The notes under the pieces are model-generated. The model did no database searches, was not told the DNA's origin, and worked only from the letters and a program-made list of their open reading frames with translations. Positions 51,270 through 61,461 of a DNA stretch of 64,000 bases are shown here, in pieces (position 1 is the stretch's first letter; each line of letters starts with the position of its first letter). A program made the translations under genes and the position numbers. This DNA is from an uncultured virus (IMG/VR IMGVR_UViG_3300025723_000018) (Duplodnaviria; Heunggongvirae; Uroviricota; Caudoviricetes), in the IMG/VR virus record IMGVR_UViG_3300025723_000018, one strand, 5' to 3'.

Positions 51270-51644
51270 ATGACAGCTCCAAATATAGTAAACGTACAAT
51301 CAATTACAGGAACAACCAGTACTGTAGCGTTGAGTACTACTAGTATTACTAGTTTAGTAAGTAACGCAGCCAGCAGTAACCAAGTGTTAAAGATTAATAA
51401 TGTTATTGTTTCCAACACAAACGGTACAAACGCTTGTAACTTTACATTGAGTTATTGTAGTGCGGCCAGTGCAGGCGGTACAGCAAGCCCAATGGCTAGC
51501 ACCGTTAGTATTCCAGCTAACGCTTCGTTAATTGCATTAGACAAAAGCACACAAATTTACTTGCCAGAAAATACCAGTTTAGGTGTTACAGCAGGTACAG
51601 CCAGCGTCTTAACGGTAACAGTCAGCTACGAAATAATTAGCTAA
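51270..51644 (+). CDS. Small virion adaptor-like protein (copy 4)
   Basis: 124 aa; MTAPNIVNV, KINNVIVSN, IPANASL, YLPEN, VSYEIIS. Confidence 0.6.
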   Translation: MTAPNIVNVQSITGTTSTVALSTTSITSLVSNAASSNQVLKINNVIVSNTNGTNACNFTLSYCSAASAGGTASPMASTVSIPANASLIALDKSTQIYLPENTSLGVTAGTASVLTVTVSYEIIS

Positions 51645-51657
51645 GGAGCTCCTTAAA

Positions 51658-54600
51658 ATGGCAAACCGTTTTATAGGTGGCGTCTTAACTAGCCAAAAAC
51701 AACCTACCACAGGCTTTGTCAGTCGTGCCAGCACAGGCACATATTTTAACAGTAGTGGTGTATTAACCACAGCTGCTATTAATCAACCTCGCTTAAATTA
51801 CTCTTATGTGAACGGTTCTTGGACTCAACCGACAGTATTGATTGAACCAGCAAGTACTAATATTGTTACCGGTAGTTCAGATTTTTCAAATGTTACTTAC
51901 TGGTCAACAAATAACTCTACTATAGCGACAGCCGCTGCTGTCGCCCCTGACGGTACTACTACCGCTTGTAAAATTCAAGAAACTACTGCAAATACTCTGC
52001 ACGGTGTTGAAAACCAATTGGGTTCAACCAATGGTTTAGCATACACACTTAGTATTTTTGCAAAAGCCGCAGAGCGTAGTTGGCTCATTATTGATAATAC
52101 GCACCAAGGCGTTGCTAATTATAGAAATTATTTTAACTTATCAACTGGTGCTACTGGAACAATAGCAGGTGGAAATAGTCAATTAAGTATGGTGCCTGTT
52201 GGGAACGGATGGTATCGCTGTAGTGTAACTCGACCAGCAGGAACATACGGAACTCATCGGGTTTGTATATACACTACTACTGGAGATGCTACTCCAACAT
52301 ACACAGGAACATCGGGGTCAGGGATTTATATTTGGGGGTGTCAGTTAGAGTATCAATTAGGGACAACAAGTTTTATTCCTGTAACCAGTGTTGCAATTAC
52401 TCGCGCACAAGACGATGTAGGTCCAATATCTGGCGGAATATATAGATTAGAAGAATTACAAAATCAAAGTAGTATAGATGATCAATATACTATACAAAGT
52501 TTTGTTAACCTAGGATCAAATTACAACTGGACTTGTCCACAAGATGTTACTAGTGTAGAAGTTCTAGTTGTAGGTGGTGGCGGATCTGGTGCAGATAATG
52601 GAGCGGGAGGAGGTGCTGGTGGTGTTGTATATAATTCAAACTATCCAGTTATTCCAGGAAATACTTATACCGTTGTAGTTGGATCAGGTGGATCCGGTTC
52701 TACAGCAGGATCAAACGTTAACGGTACTAGTGGCCAATATAGCCAATTTGGAACATTAGTTGCAAACGGCGGAGGGTTTGGAGGTTCTGGCGGAACCCCT
52801 GCCCAAGGTGCCGCCGGTGGATCAGGTGGAGGCAGTGCTGCATTATTGGCCTCAACAACATTAAATGGCGGTCCAGGAACTGCTGGACAAGGGTTTAGTG
52901 GTGGCCAAAGTTACGGCGGAACAAGTCCTTATCCTGCAGGTGGTGGTGGCGGTGCCGGAGGCAACGGCGGCAATGCATCTGGAAATGCACAAAATGCATT
53001 TAACCTTGGCGGTCAAGGTGGAGTTGGATTATACTTTCCGCAATTTAGTGCATACGGAGCAAGCGGATATTTTGGTGGCGGTGGCGGTGGCGGTGGCAAT
53101 ATTGTTGTTACACCATACGGCGTTGGTGGGTTAGGAGGCGGTGGCTCAGCTGGTACTGGGACCGTTTCTGCAAAATCTGGCGCAACAAATACAGGCGGAG
53201 GTGGTGGTGGAGGTGTTGGATTAACCGGCGGCGGAGCTGGCGGATCTGGTGTAGTATTAGTTAGATACAAAAGAACAAATACACAATTATCAGCCGTAAG
53301 CAACGAATCTTTAATAAGTCAAAAATTCATAACATCTAATTATTGGACATGCCCACCAGGTGTTACACAAGTAGAAGCACTTGTAGTAGCCGGTGGCGGT
53401 GGCGGTGGTGGAACTAACGGTGGTGGTGGATCAGGAGGTGGCGCTGGCGGCTTAATTTATAATTCATCAGTGTCAGTTACTCCAGGAACAACATATCAAC
53501 TTATTGTTGGCAATGGTGGCCCTGGAGGTTCTTTAGGCATTGGATATAACGGTTATGCTAGTGCATTAGCCAGCGGAACAGAATACAACACAAATTATTC
53601 ATTCAGTGCAACTACAGGGTGGAGTGCTCAATCAAGCGCAACAGTAGGACTATTTACAGGAAACGGCCCTAACGGAGGCGGAAGTGTAGTGTTAACTTCT
53701 ACTGGCGGTAGTAATGTCTATTCAACGTTTCTTGTCTCGGGATTAACAAATGGTACACAATATGTTGTTAGTTTCTGGGCTAAAGGAAGTTCAAATTTCA
53801 GCACAGGAACTATTTCATTTACAGACAACGCATACAATAGTGGAAACACGTTAGCAACAGCTACAAGCATTCCATCTTTAAGTTTAACCTGGTCTCAGTA
53901 TAGTTTTATTTTTACAGCCAACTCATCTAACCAAATATATGTTTCATTTTTTACCGGCGGCACAAGTACAAATTACATGTATGTTAGCCAATTAAGTGTT
54001 CGTGCAACTATTATAGGTACAATCGGCGGAGGTGGCGGAGCACAATTTGGAGGAACTGGAAATTCTGGTGGATCCGGCGGAGGAGGCACTGGTGGAGTAG
54101 GTTCTGGAACATCCGGTCAAGGTAACAGTGGTGGTTTAGGTTATAACTGGAGTGTAACTAATGGCAATGGCGGTGGTGGCGGCGCAGGCCAAGCAGGTCC
54201 GCAAGGCGGAACCAAAGATCAAATGCAAAGTGGCTGTGGTGGTAATGGTCTATCATTCACAATAACAGGAAATTTAGAATTCTATGCAGGCGGCGGCGGT
54301 GGGGGAACTTATGCCGCTACTAGTAACAGTTATGGAAGTACGCCTGGCGTAGGCGGAGCCGGCGGCGGCGGCAATGGTTCATTTAGCGGAGTTGCAGCTC
54401 AGCCAGGCGCACCAAATACCGGAGGCGGTGGCGGTGGTTGCGGTGGTAATGGAGTTACTGTTGGAGCCGCTGGAGGAAGTGGTGTCATTGTGCTAAGATA
54501 TCGTGTGCCAACCTATGCTGTATTCCAAGATTCAGGATATTGGACTTGTCCATTGGGAGTTACTAGTGTTCAAGCTCTTGTAGTCGGTGGTGGAGGTCCC

Positions 54601-55290
54601 GGTGGACCACCAGGCGGTGCCGGTGGCGGTGCCGGTGGATTAGTTTATAGTTCTAGTGTACCAGTAATCCCAGGACAAATTTATTCAGTAGTTGTTGGTG
54701 TTGCAGGCGGAACATATAGTCCAGGAGTGTACGGAAATAGTTTAGGAAGCAATGGCGGAAATAGTAGTTTTGCCGGAATTGTTGCATATGGCGGCGGAGC
54801 AGGAGGCGGCAATAGTCTAGTTCCAGCTGGAGGCGGATCTGGAGGCGGCGCTAGCGGAAATCAAACACCTTATACCGGTGCTGGCGGTACTTATGGACAA
54901 GGTAACGCAGGTGGAACAGGAGTTACTGGAACATATCAAACTAACGGCGGAGGCGGCGGCGCAGGATCTGTTGGCGGTGCTGGCACCGGTACAGTAAGCG
55001 GAGCAGGCGGAGCAGGATTGACTTATAGTATTAGTGGAACTTCGACTACTTACGCTGGCGGTGGTGGAGGCTCTGGTGGCTCTGGCACTTCAGTAACAGG
55101 AGCCGCTGGTGGATCCGGCGGTGGTGGCGCAGGCGGAACTGGAATGCCAGGAGCAAGTGGTAGCGGTACTTCGAATCCAAGTCCAGGACTTCAAAATACT
55201 GGCGGAGGCGGTGGTGGCTTAGGTAATGGAAGTAACCCTGGAGAACGCGGCGGATCGGGCATTGTAATCATAAGATGGAATGGCGGTTAA
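51658..55290 (+). CDS. Glycine-rich fibre/adhesin-like virion protein
   Basis: 1210 aa; three WTCP..VT.V..LVV.GGG...GGSG.V..RY/W glycine-rich domains; APDGT..A and GWYR.S motifs of a spike/carbohydrate-binding-like domain. Confidence 0.7.
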   Translation: MANRFIGGVLTSQKQPTTGFVSRASTGTYFNSSGVLTTAAINQPRLNYSYVNGSWTQPTVLIEPASTNIVTGSSDFSNVTYWSTNNSTIATAAAVAPDGTTTACKIQETTANTLHGVENQLGSTNGLAYTLSIFAKAAERSWLIIDNTHQGVANYRNYFNLSTGATGTIAGGNSQLSMVPVGNGWYRCSVTRPAGTYGTHRVCIYTTTGDATPTYTGTSGSGIYIWGCQLEYQLGTTSFIPVTSVAITRAQDDVGPISGGIYRLEELQNQSSIDDQYTIQSFVNLGSNYNWTCPQDVTSVEVLVVGGGGSGADNGAGGGAGGVVYNSNYPVIPGNTYTVVVGSGGSGSTAGSNVNGTSGQYSQFGTLVANGGGFGGSGGTPAQGAAGGSGGGSAALLASTTLNGGPGTAGQGFSGGQSYGGTSPYPAGGGGGAGGNGGNASGNAQNAFNLGGQGGVGLYFPQFSAYGASGYFGGGGGGGGNIVVTPYGVGGLGGGGSAGTGTVSAKSGATNTGGGGGGGVGLTGGGAGGSGVVLVRYKRTNTQLSAVSNESLISQKFITSNYWTCPPGVTQVEALVVAGGGGGGGTNGGGGSGGGAGGLIYNSSVSVTPGTTYQLIVGNGGPGGSLGIGYNGYASALASGTEYNTNYSFSATTGWSAQSSATVGLFTGNGPNGGGSVVLTSTGGSNVYSTFLVSGLTNGTQYVVSFWAKGSSNFSTGTISFTDNAYNSGNTLATATSIPSLSLTWSQYSFIFTANSSNQIYVSFFTGGTSTNYMYVSQLSVRATIIGTIGGGGGAQFGGTGNSGGSGGGGTGGVGSGTSGQGNSGGLGYNWSVTNGNGGGGGAGQAGPQGGTKDQMQSGCGGNGLSFTITGNLEFYAGGGGGGTYAATSNSYGSTPGVGGAGGGGNGSFSGVAAQPGAPNTGGGGGGCGGNGVTVGAAGGSGVIVLRYRVPTYAVFQDSGYWTCPLGVTSVQALVVGGGGPGGPPGGAGGGAGGLVYSSSVPVIPGQIYSVVVGVAGGTYSPGVYGNSLGSNGGNSSFAGIVAYGGGAGGGNSLVPAGGGSGGGASGNQTPYTGAGGTYGQGNAGGTGVTGTYQTNGGGGGAGSVGGAGTGTVSGAGGAGLTYSISGTSTTYAGGGGGSGGSGTSVTGAAGGSGGGGAGGTGMPGASGSGTSNPSPGLQNTGGGGGGLGNGSNPGERGGSGIVIIRWNGG

Positions 55291-55297
55291 ATAACGT

Positions 55298-58200
55298 ATG
55301 GCTAAAAATAATAATCCAGGAAGAATTCTAAAAGGTACAAAAACTCAACCCTCACTTAAAGGTGCTAGTGGTATTTGGACTTTGGATGAAGCACTACAAT
55401 ATCATCGCGCCAACCAATGGCCTATACCTAACCTTTATCAACCTGTGTCAAATAGCGTAAGAAACAGCCTCGCTAAGACTTCTTATTTTACATTTACTCC
55501 TAATCGAACAGGAAGCAATCGACGATTTACTATGAGTTGGTGGTTCAAATTGGGACAGTTGTCAGCAGCTGGCGGCACACAGCGACATCTTTTTTACAGT
55601 TATGATGGCTCAAATTTATTACAAGTATTTTTAGAAAGAGCCAGCGGAACTAACCCTGATTACATTTGTTTTTATGGTGGCGGCACAGATTTACGATTCA
55701 GTCCTATATTAAGAGATACAAACGCATGGTACCATTTGGTTATAAGTGTTGATATCAATCAATCAACTTCTTCTAATACTGTTAAAGGATGGTTAAACGG
55801 TGTTCAAATGACCATGGCTGGTAGTCAAGCTTCGAGTACTCCTACATATCCAACTGGTTCAACTTATTGGCCTATTTTTCAACCTTATGCATATCAACGT
55901 GTAGGCGGCAATTCCAGTGGCGGTACATTCGATGGTTATTTTTCAGAAGTAAATTTTATAGACGGTTACGCTTTACAACCATCATTATTTGGTCAATTTG
56001 ATAGCAACAATACGTGGGTACCCATTCCTTATACAGGTAGTTATGGAACCAACGGTTTTTATTTGCCATTTACTAACGCACAAACAAGTCAGACTTTAGG
56101 GTATGATGCTAGTTTAAATGGAACTCCTACTTATAGTGCAGATCAAGATCCTTATCGTAGCAGTGTTACAATGCATTTTGATGGTAATGGTTTTCCAGGG
56201 TCAGTTGGAACATCGACAAATACACTTATATTAGACAGTAGTTCTAATAACTATACAATCACAACCAGTGGCTCAGTAAGTCAAGGAAGTTTTAGTCCAT
56301 ATCCATTTGCTCCAACATCACTTTATAATCCTATAGTTCATGGAGGAAGTGCATATTTTCAAGGAACATCTTCTAGCTATCTAACAGTTCCAAGTAGTTC
56401 CAATTGGGCTATTGGTAGTACTGGCACTATAGAAATGTGGGTTTACCCTACAGCCAATAATGCCGGTAATGTAAGATTCTGGTGTGTAAACAATAACTCC
56501 TCAGGGTTAGATGCATACTTTAATGGCGGCGCAACTACAGTCTATATGCACGGTGGAGCTGTAGGAACAACTACTTCCATGTCATTAAACACTTGGACAC
56601 ATTTAGCAGTAGTTTATAATAGTGGAACGGTATCGATTTATTTTAACGGTATTAGTCAAACTCTGACTGGTACTACAACTGGATATAATATTACCAATAA
56701 TGGTACTTTATATATTGGAAACTTCAACGCCCCGGCGACCGGTTATGCATACACTGGATATATGAGTGGTGTGCGTATTACAAAAGGTGTAGCCATTTAT
56801 ACCGGTAATTTTGTTCCAACTAATCGACCATTCGGCACACTGACAAATAATTTAATTACATTTAGCGAAGATTTTACTAATAGTTTCTGGATACCATATA
56901 ATCTTACAGTTACTACTGGAGCTGGTATTGCTCCAGATGGAACTCCTACAGCTACATTAGTTACTTCTACACAAGTATTTTCAAATTCAAATATTGCGTT
57001 TTCATATTCGTCTACTAGTAATTCTTCTCCATACACTTACAGTATCTATGCTAAAGCCGGTACATTGTATTCATTTAGACATCGTGTAGCATTTACAGGC
57101 GGTACTGGGTTAGGTTACAGTATTGATGTTAATTTACAAACTGGAACATATCAAACAGGAGAATCTGGATATACAAACGCAAGTATAGCATCAGTAGGTA
57201 ATGGGTGGTATCGTATTAGTATCACTGCCAGCAATAACGGTACTGGTAATACTAATTATATTGGCCAGTGCTATTTAGGGTCATTGCAAGGCACATCTAC
57301 AGGTTCGATATATATCTGGGGAGCTCAATACGAACAATCGAGTTCATTAAGTACTTACACACCAACTCCTGCTAACTATTCAACAACACCTAGTTTATTA
57401 TTAACCTTTGCCACAGCGGCAATTGTAGATGTTGCTGGAGCAAATAACGCAACACCAAGCGGTATTGTTTCGATAACATCTAATAGTAAGAATGGTGCCG
57501 GCGCTATAACATTTAATGGTAGTACTGATTATCTAACACTGAATGGATCAACAGGTACCACTTATTTTGGTACAAATAATTTTACTGTAGAATGTTGGTG
57601 GCAAGCTAATGGAACACAAACTAACTATGCCCCAATTATTAGTCAAGGATTTACAAGTTCACCACCATCAGGAACATGGGGATTAAAAGTTGCAGGCGCT
57701 AGTACTACTAATCTTCAATTTACATACGATGCTGGTCTTGTAAACGTTGGACAAAATATAAATTCATCTATAAACCCTAATGATGGTAACTGGCATCATC
57801 TTGCGGTATCTAGAAATTCTTCAACATTAAACATGTATATCGATGGTATACTAGTTGGAAACGCTTCAATTCCTGCCAGCGAAGTAGTAGGAAATACTAC
57901 TACTCCTATTATTATTGGGTACGAGTCTCGAGATGGAAGCTATTTAAAAGGCACAATAGATGACTTGCGTGTGACCAATGGAGTGGGAAGATATCCCTCG
58001 GCATTTAGTCCACCTGCTCGAAGCTTGCCTAATATTGGGGGCAAATCTTTTGTTGCACAAAACATCAATGCCGGTGTAGTACAAAAATTTACTACAGTTG
58101 GTACGAATTCATGGACAGCACCGTCAGATGTTACACAAGTTGAAGTACTAGTAGTAGCTGGCGGCGGCGGAGGTGGTTCTCGTATTGGTGGCGGAGGTGG

Positions 58201-60505
58201 AGCCGGTGGTTTAATCTACAATAGTCAATATCCAGTTACACCGGGACAAACATATACAGTCACAGTCGGCGCTGGAGGATCATCAGCAACATCTATGCCT
58301 GGCACACAAGGCGGTAATGGCGGAAATAGTGTTTTTGGAAATTTAACAGCAATCGGTGGCGGTGGCGGTGGCTATTATAATACCTCGAGTGCAACTTTAG
58401 GATCGTCTGGTGGTAGTGCAGGCGGCAATGGCGGATACTATACAAACAGTGGGACTAGTGGCACCGCTGGCCAAGGATTTAGCGGTGGTGGAAGTACAGC
58501 AAGTCAAGATGCTGGTGGTGGCGGTGGTGGCGCAGGCGGATCTGGAGCTACTGGAGTTTCTGGACAAGGAGGTGCTGGCGGCACTGGATTACAATTTAGC
58601 ATTAGCGGCATACCAACATACTATGCAGGTGGTGGCGGCGGCGGCCAAGGAACATCAGCAGGTGCCGGCGGATCTGGTGGCGGTGGTGCAGGTTCTACTA
58701 GTAATAATAACGCCACTGCTGGAACAGCAAATACAGGCGGTGGTGGTGGTGGAGCAAGAAATTCTTCTGATACGTCAAACGTGGTATCAGGTGCCGGCGG
58801 TTCAGGAATTGTATTAATTCGTTATACAACTACAGCCGTAGCAAATACTAGTGATTTAACTACAGATAATTTACTAGATAGTCCAACACTATATGGACAT
58901 GATTTAGGCAATGGCGGAGAAGTGGTCGGCAATTATGCTACATGGAATCCATTAGATAATTTTTTCAGTGGCGATCCTACCAGTGCAGGCGTGGTTTGGC
59001 AAAATAGTAATTTAACTATTGCCAATAATTCAGCATCGTGGTTAGGTCAACGTGCAACCATAGCATACCCTTCAAGTGGAAAATATTATTATGAAGTACA
59101 TATTGACAGTGGTAGTGGCCCAGGTGTAAGTAGCGGTGTTGAGATAGGTATTACTCAAGCATCTAGTTATCCAGCAGCCGCAAACACTTATATAGATAAC
59201 ACAGCTAGTACATACTGTTATCGATTAAACGGTAGTGTTTACACCGCCGGCTCGCTAGCTAGCTCATCTGTTCCAACATTTAATATAGGTGATACTATCG
59301 GTGTGGCATTTGATGCAGGGGCATTAAGTTTAACTTTTTATAAAAATGGTGTAAGTGTATATTCGGCCATTACTGTTGCGGCTAATACTTATATACCAGC
59401 CATATCAACATACGCTGTTGTGTCTGTAAGTACCAACTTTGGTCAACGTCCTTGGGCGTACAGTCCTCCAGCAGGTTACTCGGCATTAACTACTAAAAAT
59501 TTACCAAGACCTGCAATACCGCAACCTAATCAATATTTTGATGTCGTAACTTACACTGGTAATGGATCAACACAAACTGTTACTTTACCAGGTGGTTTCC
59601 AACCAGACATGATTTGGATTAAAAATAGATCAACTAACGCTGTGGATCCTGTGATTATGGACAGCGTTAGAGGATCGGACGGCACTCACTATTATGTGCT
59701 TGATCCTGCATCAATTAATAATGAAGCAGCTTCTGGTGCATCTTGGTATGGTCAGTATGGATACCTAAGTGCAATCACAACTACTGGTTTTACGGTAGTC
59801 AATGGTAGTACTACAGGAAACTATAATACATCTGCCAATAACTACATTGCATGGTGCTGGAAAAAAGGTGCATTGCAAGGTTTTGACATACAAACTTATA
59901 CATCTGGCGGAAGTACAGATACAATAACACATGCCTTAGGAGCCACTCCGGCTATGATTATTGTCAAATCTCGAAGTTCTAGCAGTGCCAACTGGTGGAT
60001 GTATCATGTAGGAATTGGAACAGGAAAATCTTTACAATTAAATTCTACTAATGCTTATGTCAATGATACATGGGTAGTAAACAGTAGTACAGTTCAATAT
60101 AATTATGGTATTGCCAGCGGCCAAACAGCAGTAATGTATCTATGGGCGGCAGTACCAGGATTCAGTGCTTTTGGATCTTATGCAGCTAACGGATCAGCCG
60201 ATGGCCCATTTGTCTACACTGGATTTAAACCACGTTGGATCATGATGAAACGCTATGATACCGGAAGCGCAGAAAACTGGTTTATCGTAGACACAGCAAG
60301 AGATCCGGGCAACTACGGAACAGGTCAACACTATTTGTTGATAACCAATGCTGCCGATGGAACTGGTACAGCTATTCTTGATGTATTGTCAAATGGATTT
60401 AAACTACGAAGTACAGCAACTAACGCAGGCTCAGGCGGACCAGCTTATATCTACGCAGCGTTCGCCAGCAATCCTTTCCAAAATAACAACGGTACAGCAT
60501 TTTAA
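55298..60505 (+). CDS. Large adhesin-like virion protein with LamG/concanavalin-like, glycine-rich and SPRY-like domains
   Basis: 1735 aa; TIEMWVY...WTHLAVV, FTVECW...WHHLAV (LamG-like); GKYYYEV...GDTIGVAFD (SPRY-like); FQPDMIWIK. Confidence 0.72.
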   Translation: MAKNNNPGRILKGTKTQPSLKGASGIWTLDEALQYHRANQWPIPNLYQPVSNSVRNSLAKTSYFTFTPNRTGSNRRFTMSWWFKLGQLSAAGGTQRHLFYSYDGSNLLQVFLERASGTNPDYICFYGGGTDLRFSPILRDTNAWYHLVISVDINQSTSSNTVKGWLNGVQMTMAGSQASSTPTYPTGSTYWPIFQPYAYQRVGGNSSGGTFDGYFSEVNFIDGYALQPSLFGQFDSNNTWVPIPYTGSYGTNGFYLPFTNAQTSQTLGYDASLNGTPTYSADQDPYRSSVTMHFDGNGFPGSVGTSTNTLILDSSSNNYTITTSGSVSQGSFSPYPFAPTSLYNPIVHGGSAYFQGTSSSYLTVPSSSNWAIGSTGTIEMWVYPTANNAGNVRFWCVNNNSSGLDAYFNGGATTVYMHGGAVGTTTSMSLNTWTHLAVVYNSGTVSIYFNGISQTLTGTTTGYNITNNGTLYIGNFNAPATGYAYTGYMSGVRITKGVAIYTGNFVPTNRPFGTLTNNLITFSEDFTNSFWIPYNLTVTTGAGIAPDGTPTATLVTSTQVFSNSNIAFSYSSTSNSSPYTYSIYAKAGTLYSFRHRVAFTGGTGLGYSIDVNLQTGTYQTGESGYTNASIASVGNGWYRISITASNNGTGNTNYIGQCYLGSLQGTSTGSIYIWGAQYEQSSSLSTYTPTPANYSTTPSLLLTFATAAIVDVAGANNATPSGIVSITSNSKNGAGAITFNGSTDYLTLNGSTGTTYFGTNNFTVECWWQANGTQTNYAPIISQGFTSSPPSGTWGLKVAGASTTNLQFTYDAGLVNVGQNINSSINPNDGNWHHLAVSRNSSTLNMYIDGILVGNASIPASEVVGNTTTPIIIGYESRDGSYLKGTIDDLRVTNGVGRYPSAFSPPARSLPNIGGKSFVAQNINAGVVQKFTTVGTNSWTAPSDVTQVEVLVVAGGGGGGSRIGGGGGAGGLIYNSQYPVTPGQTYTVTVGAGGSSATSMPGTQGGNGGNSVFGNLTAIGGGGGGYYNTSSATLGSSGGSAGGNGGYYTNSGTSGTAGQGFSGGGSTASQDAGGGGGGAGGSGATGVSGQGGAGGTGLQFSISGIPTYYAGGGGGGQGTSAGAGGSGGGGAGSTSNNNATAGTANTGGGGGGARNSSDTSNVVSGAGGSGIVLIRYTTTAVANTSDLTTDNLLDSPTLYGHDLGNGGEVVGNYATWNPLDNFFSGDPTSAGVVWQNSNLTIANNSASWLGQRATIAYPSSGKYYYEVHIDSGSGPGVSSGVEIGITQASSYPAAANTYIDNTASTYCYRLNGSVYTAGSLASSSVPTFNIGDTIGVAFDAGALSLTFYKNGVSVYSAITVAANTYIPAISTYAVVSVSTNFGQRPWAYSPPAGYSALTTKNLPRPAIPQPNQYFDVVTYTGNGSTQTVTLPGGFQPDMIWIKNRSTNAVDPVIMDSVRGSDGTHYYVLDPASINNEAASGASWYGQYGYLSAITTTGFTVVNGSTTGNYNTSANNYIAWCWKKGALQGFDIQTYTSGGSTDTITHALGATPAMIIVKSRSSSSANWWMYHVGIGTGKSLQLNSTNAYVNDTWVVNSSTVQYNYGIASGQTAVMYLWAAVPGFSAFGSYAANGSADGPFVYTGFKPRWIMMKRYDTGSAENWFIVDTARDPGNYGTGQHYLLITNAADGTGTAILDVLSNGFKLRSTATNAGSGGPAYIYAAFASNPFQNNNGTAF

Positions 60506-60532
60506 TTCTTAAATATATTTTTAGGAGTTACT

Positions 60533-60733
60533 ATGCAAGTACCATTTGAATTACTATTTGGCGTAGACGTAGCTGTTAAAAAACTACGTCCCAGCGCAAA
60601 CTTCCAACTAGAAGGCACTAATTTTACATCTTGGTCATGTCCAAACAATAGCCAACCTCCCTCTTGGGCGGAAGTAATGGCACAGATAGAATTGGACAAA
60701 CAAGCCTACGAAGAATGGCAACAAAATAATTGA
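60533..60733 (+). CDS. Small fibre-associated protein (XkdW/assembly-chaperone-like)
   Basis: 66 aa; SD AGGAG; A...LRP.A.F...W......P...E pattern; preceded by TTAAATA. Confidence 0.5.
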   Translation: MQVPFELLFGVDVAVKKLRPSANFQLEGTNFTSWSCPNNSQPPSWAEVMAQIELDKQAYEEWQQNN

Positions 60734-60758
60734 CCTTGTAACAAAACTGTTATATACT
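60730..60758 (+). promoter_or_regulatory. Sigma70-type (early) promoter for the dNMP kinase gene
   Basis: TTGACC (60730-60735), 17-nt spacer, TATACT (60753-60758). Confidence 0.65.
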
Positions 60759-60780
60759 AGTATATCTACAAGGGGATCGT

Positions 60781-61461
60781 ATGATTATAGGTGTGTGCGG
60801 TTTTATTGGTTCAGGCAAAGATACTATTGCCGATTATCTAGTTAATTTTCACGGTTATAGACGAGAAAGTTTTGCTGGAAGTTTAAAAGATGCTGTTGCC
60901 GCTGTATTTGGCTGGGACAGAACCATGCTAGAAGGACGCACAAAACAAGCTAGAGAATGGCGTGAACAAGTAGACACTTGGTGGGCCAATCGCTTGGATA
61001 TGCCTAATCTTACTCCACGATACATATTACAATATTGGGGTACAGAAGTATGCCGTACTGGATTTCACGACGATATGTGGATTGCCAGCTTAGAAAATAA
61101 ACTACGCAATAGCAAGGACGATATTGTTATCAGTGACTGTCGTTTCCCTAATGAAATCAAATCCATCAAAGATGCAGGTGGTATTGTAGTCCGTGTAAAA
61201 CGTGGAGAAGAACCCAGTTGGTATCAAGATGCTGTAGATATGAACGCTGGCGATCACCACATGAACTGGATGCTGGCAAAAACTCGTATGGATAAACTAC
61301 AGATTCATGCGTCAGAAACAGCTTGGGTTGGCACTAAATTTGACTATGTTTTTACCAATGATGGTAGCATAGATGACTTGTTTGCCAAGGTTAAAGATCT
61401 GGTACAAGATCCCCTTGACGCCATCGAACGCCCTCTTTATGTAGGACTCGAGCACAGTTAG
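60781..61461 (+). CDS. Deoxynucleoside monophosphate kinase (T4 gp1-like)
   Basis: IIGVCGFIGSGKDT P-loop, FA..LK, R.ILQYWGTE, ISDCRFPNE, H.SE. Confidence 0.9.
   Translation: MIIGVCGFIGSGKDTIADYLVNFHGYRRESFAGSLKDAVAAVFGWDRTMLEGRTKQAREWREQVDTWWANRLDMPNLTPRYILQYWGTEVCRTGFHDDMWIASLENKLRNSKDDIVISDCRFPNEIKSIKDAGGIVVRVKRGEEPSWYQDAVDMNAGDHHMNWMLAKTRMDKLQIHASETAWVGTKFDYVFTNDGSIDDLFAKVKDLVQDPLDAIERPLYVGLEHS

Noticed and set aside
52560..58810. GGN-rich tracts as G-quadruplex or simple-sequence DNA elements
   Set aside because: Explained by polyglycine coding with varied third positions
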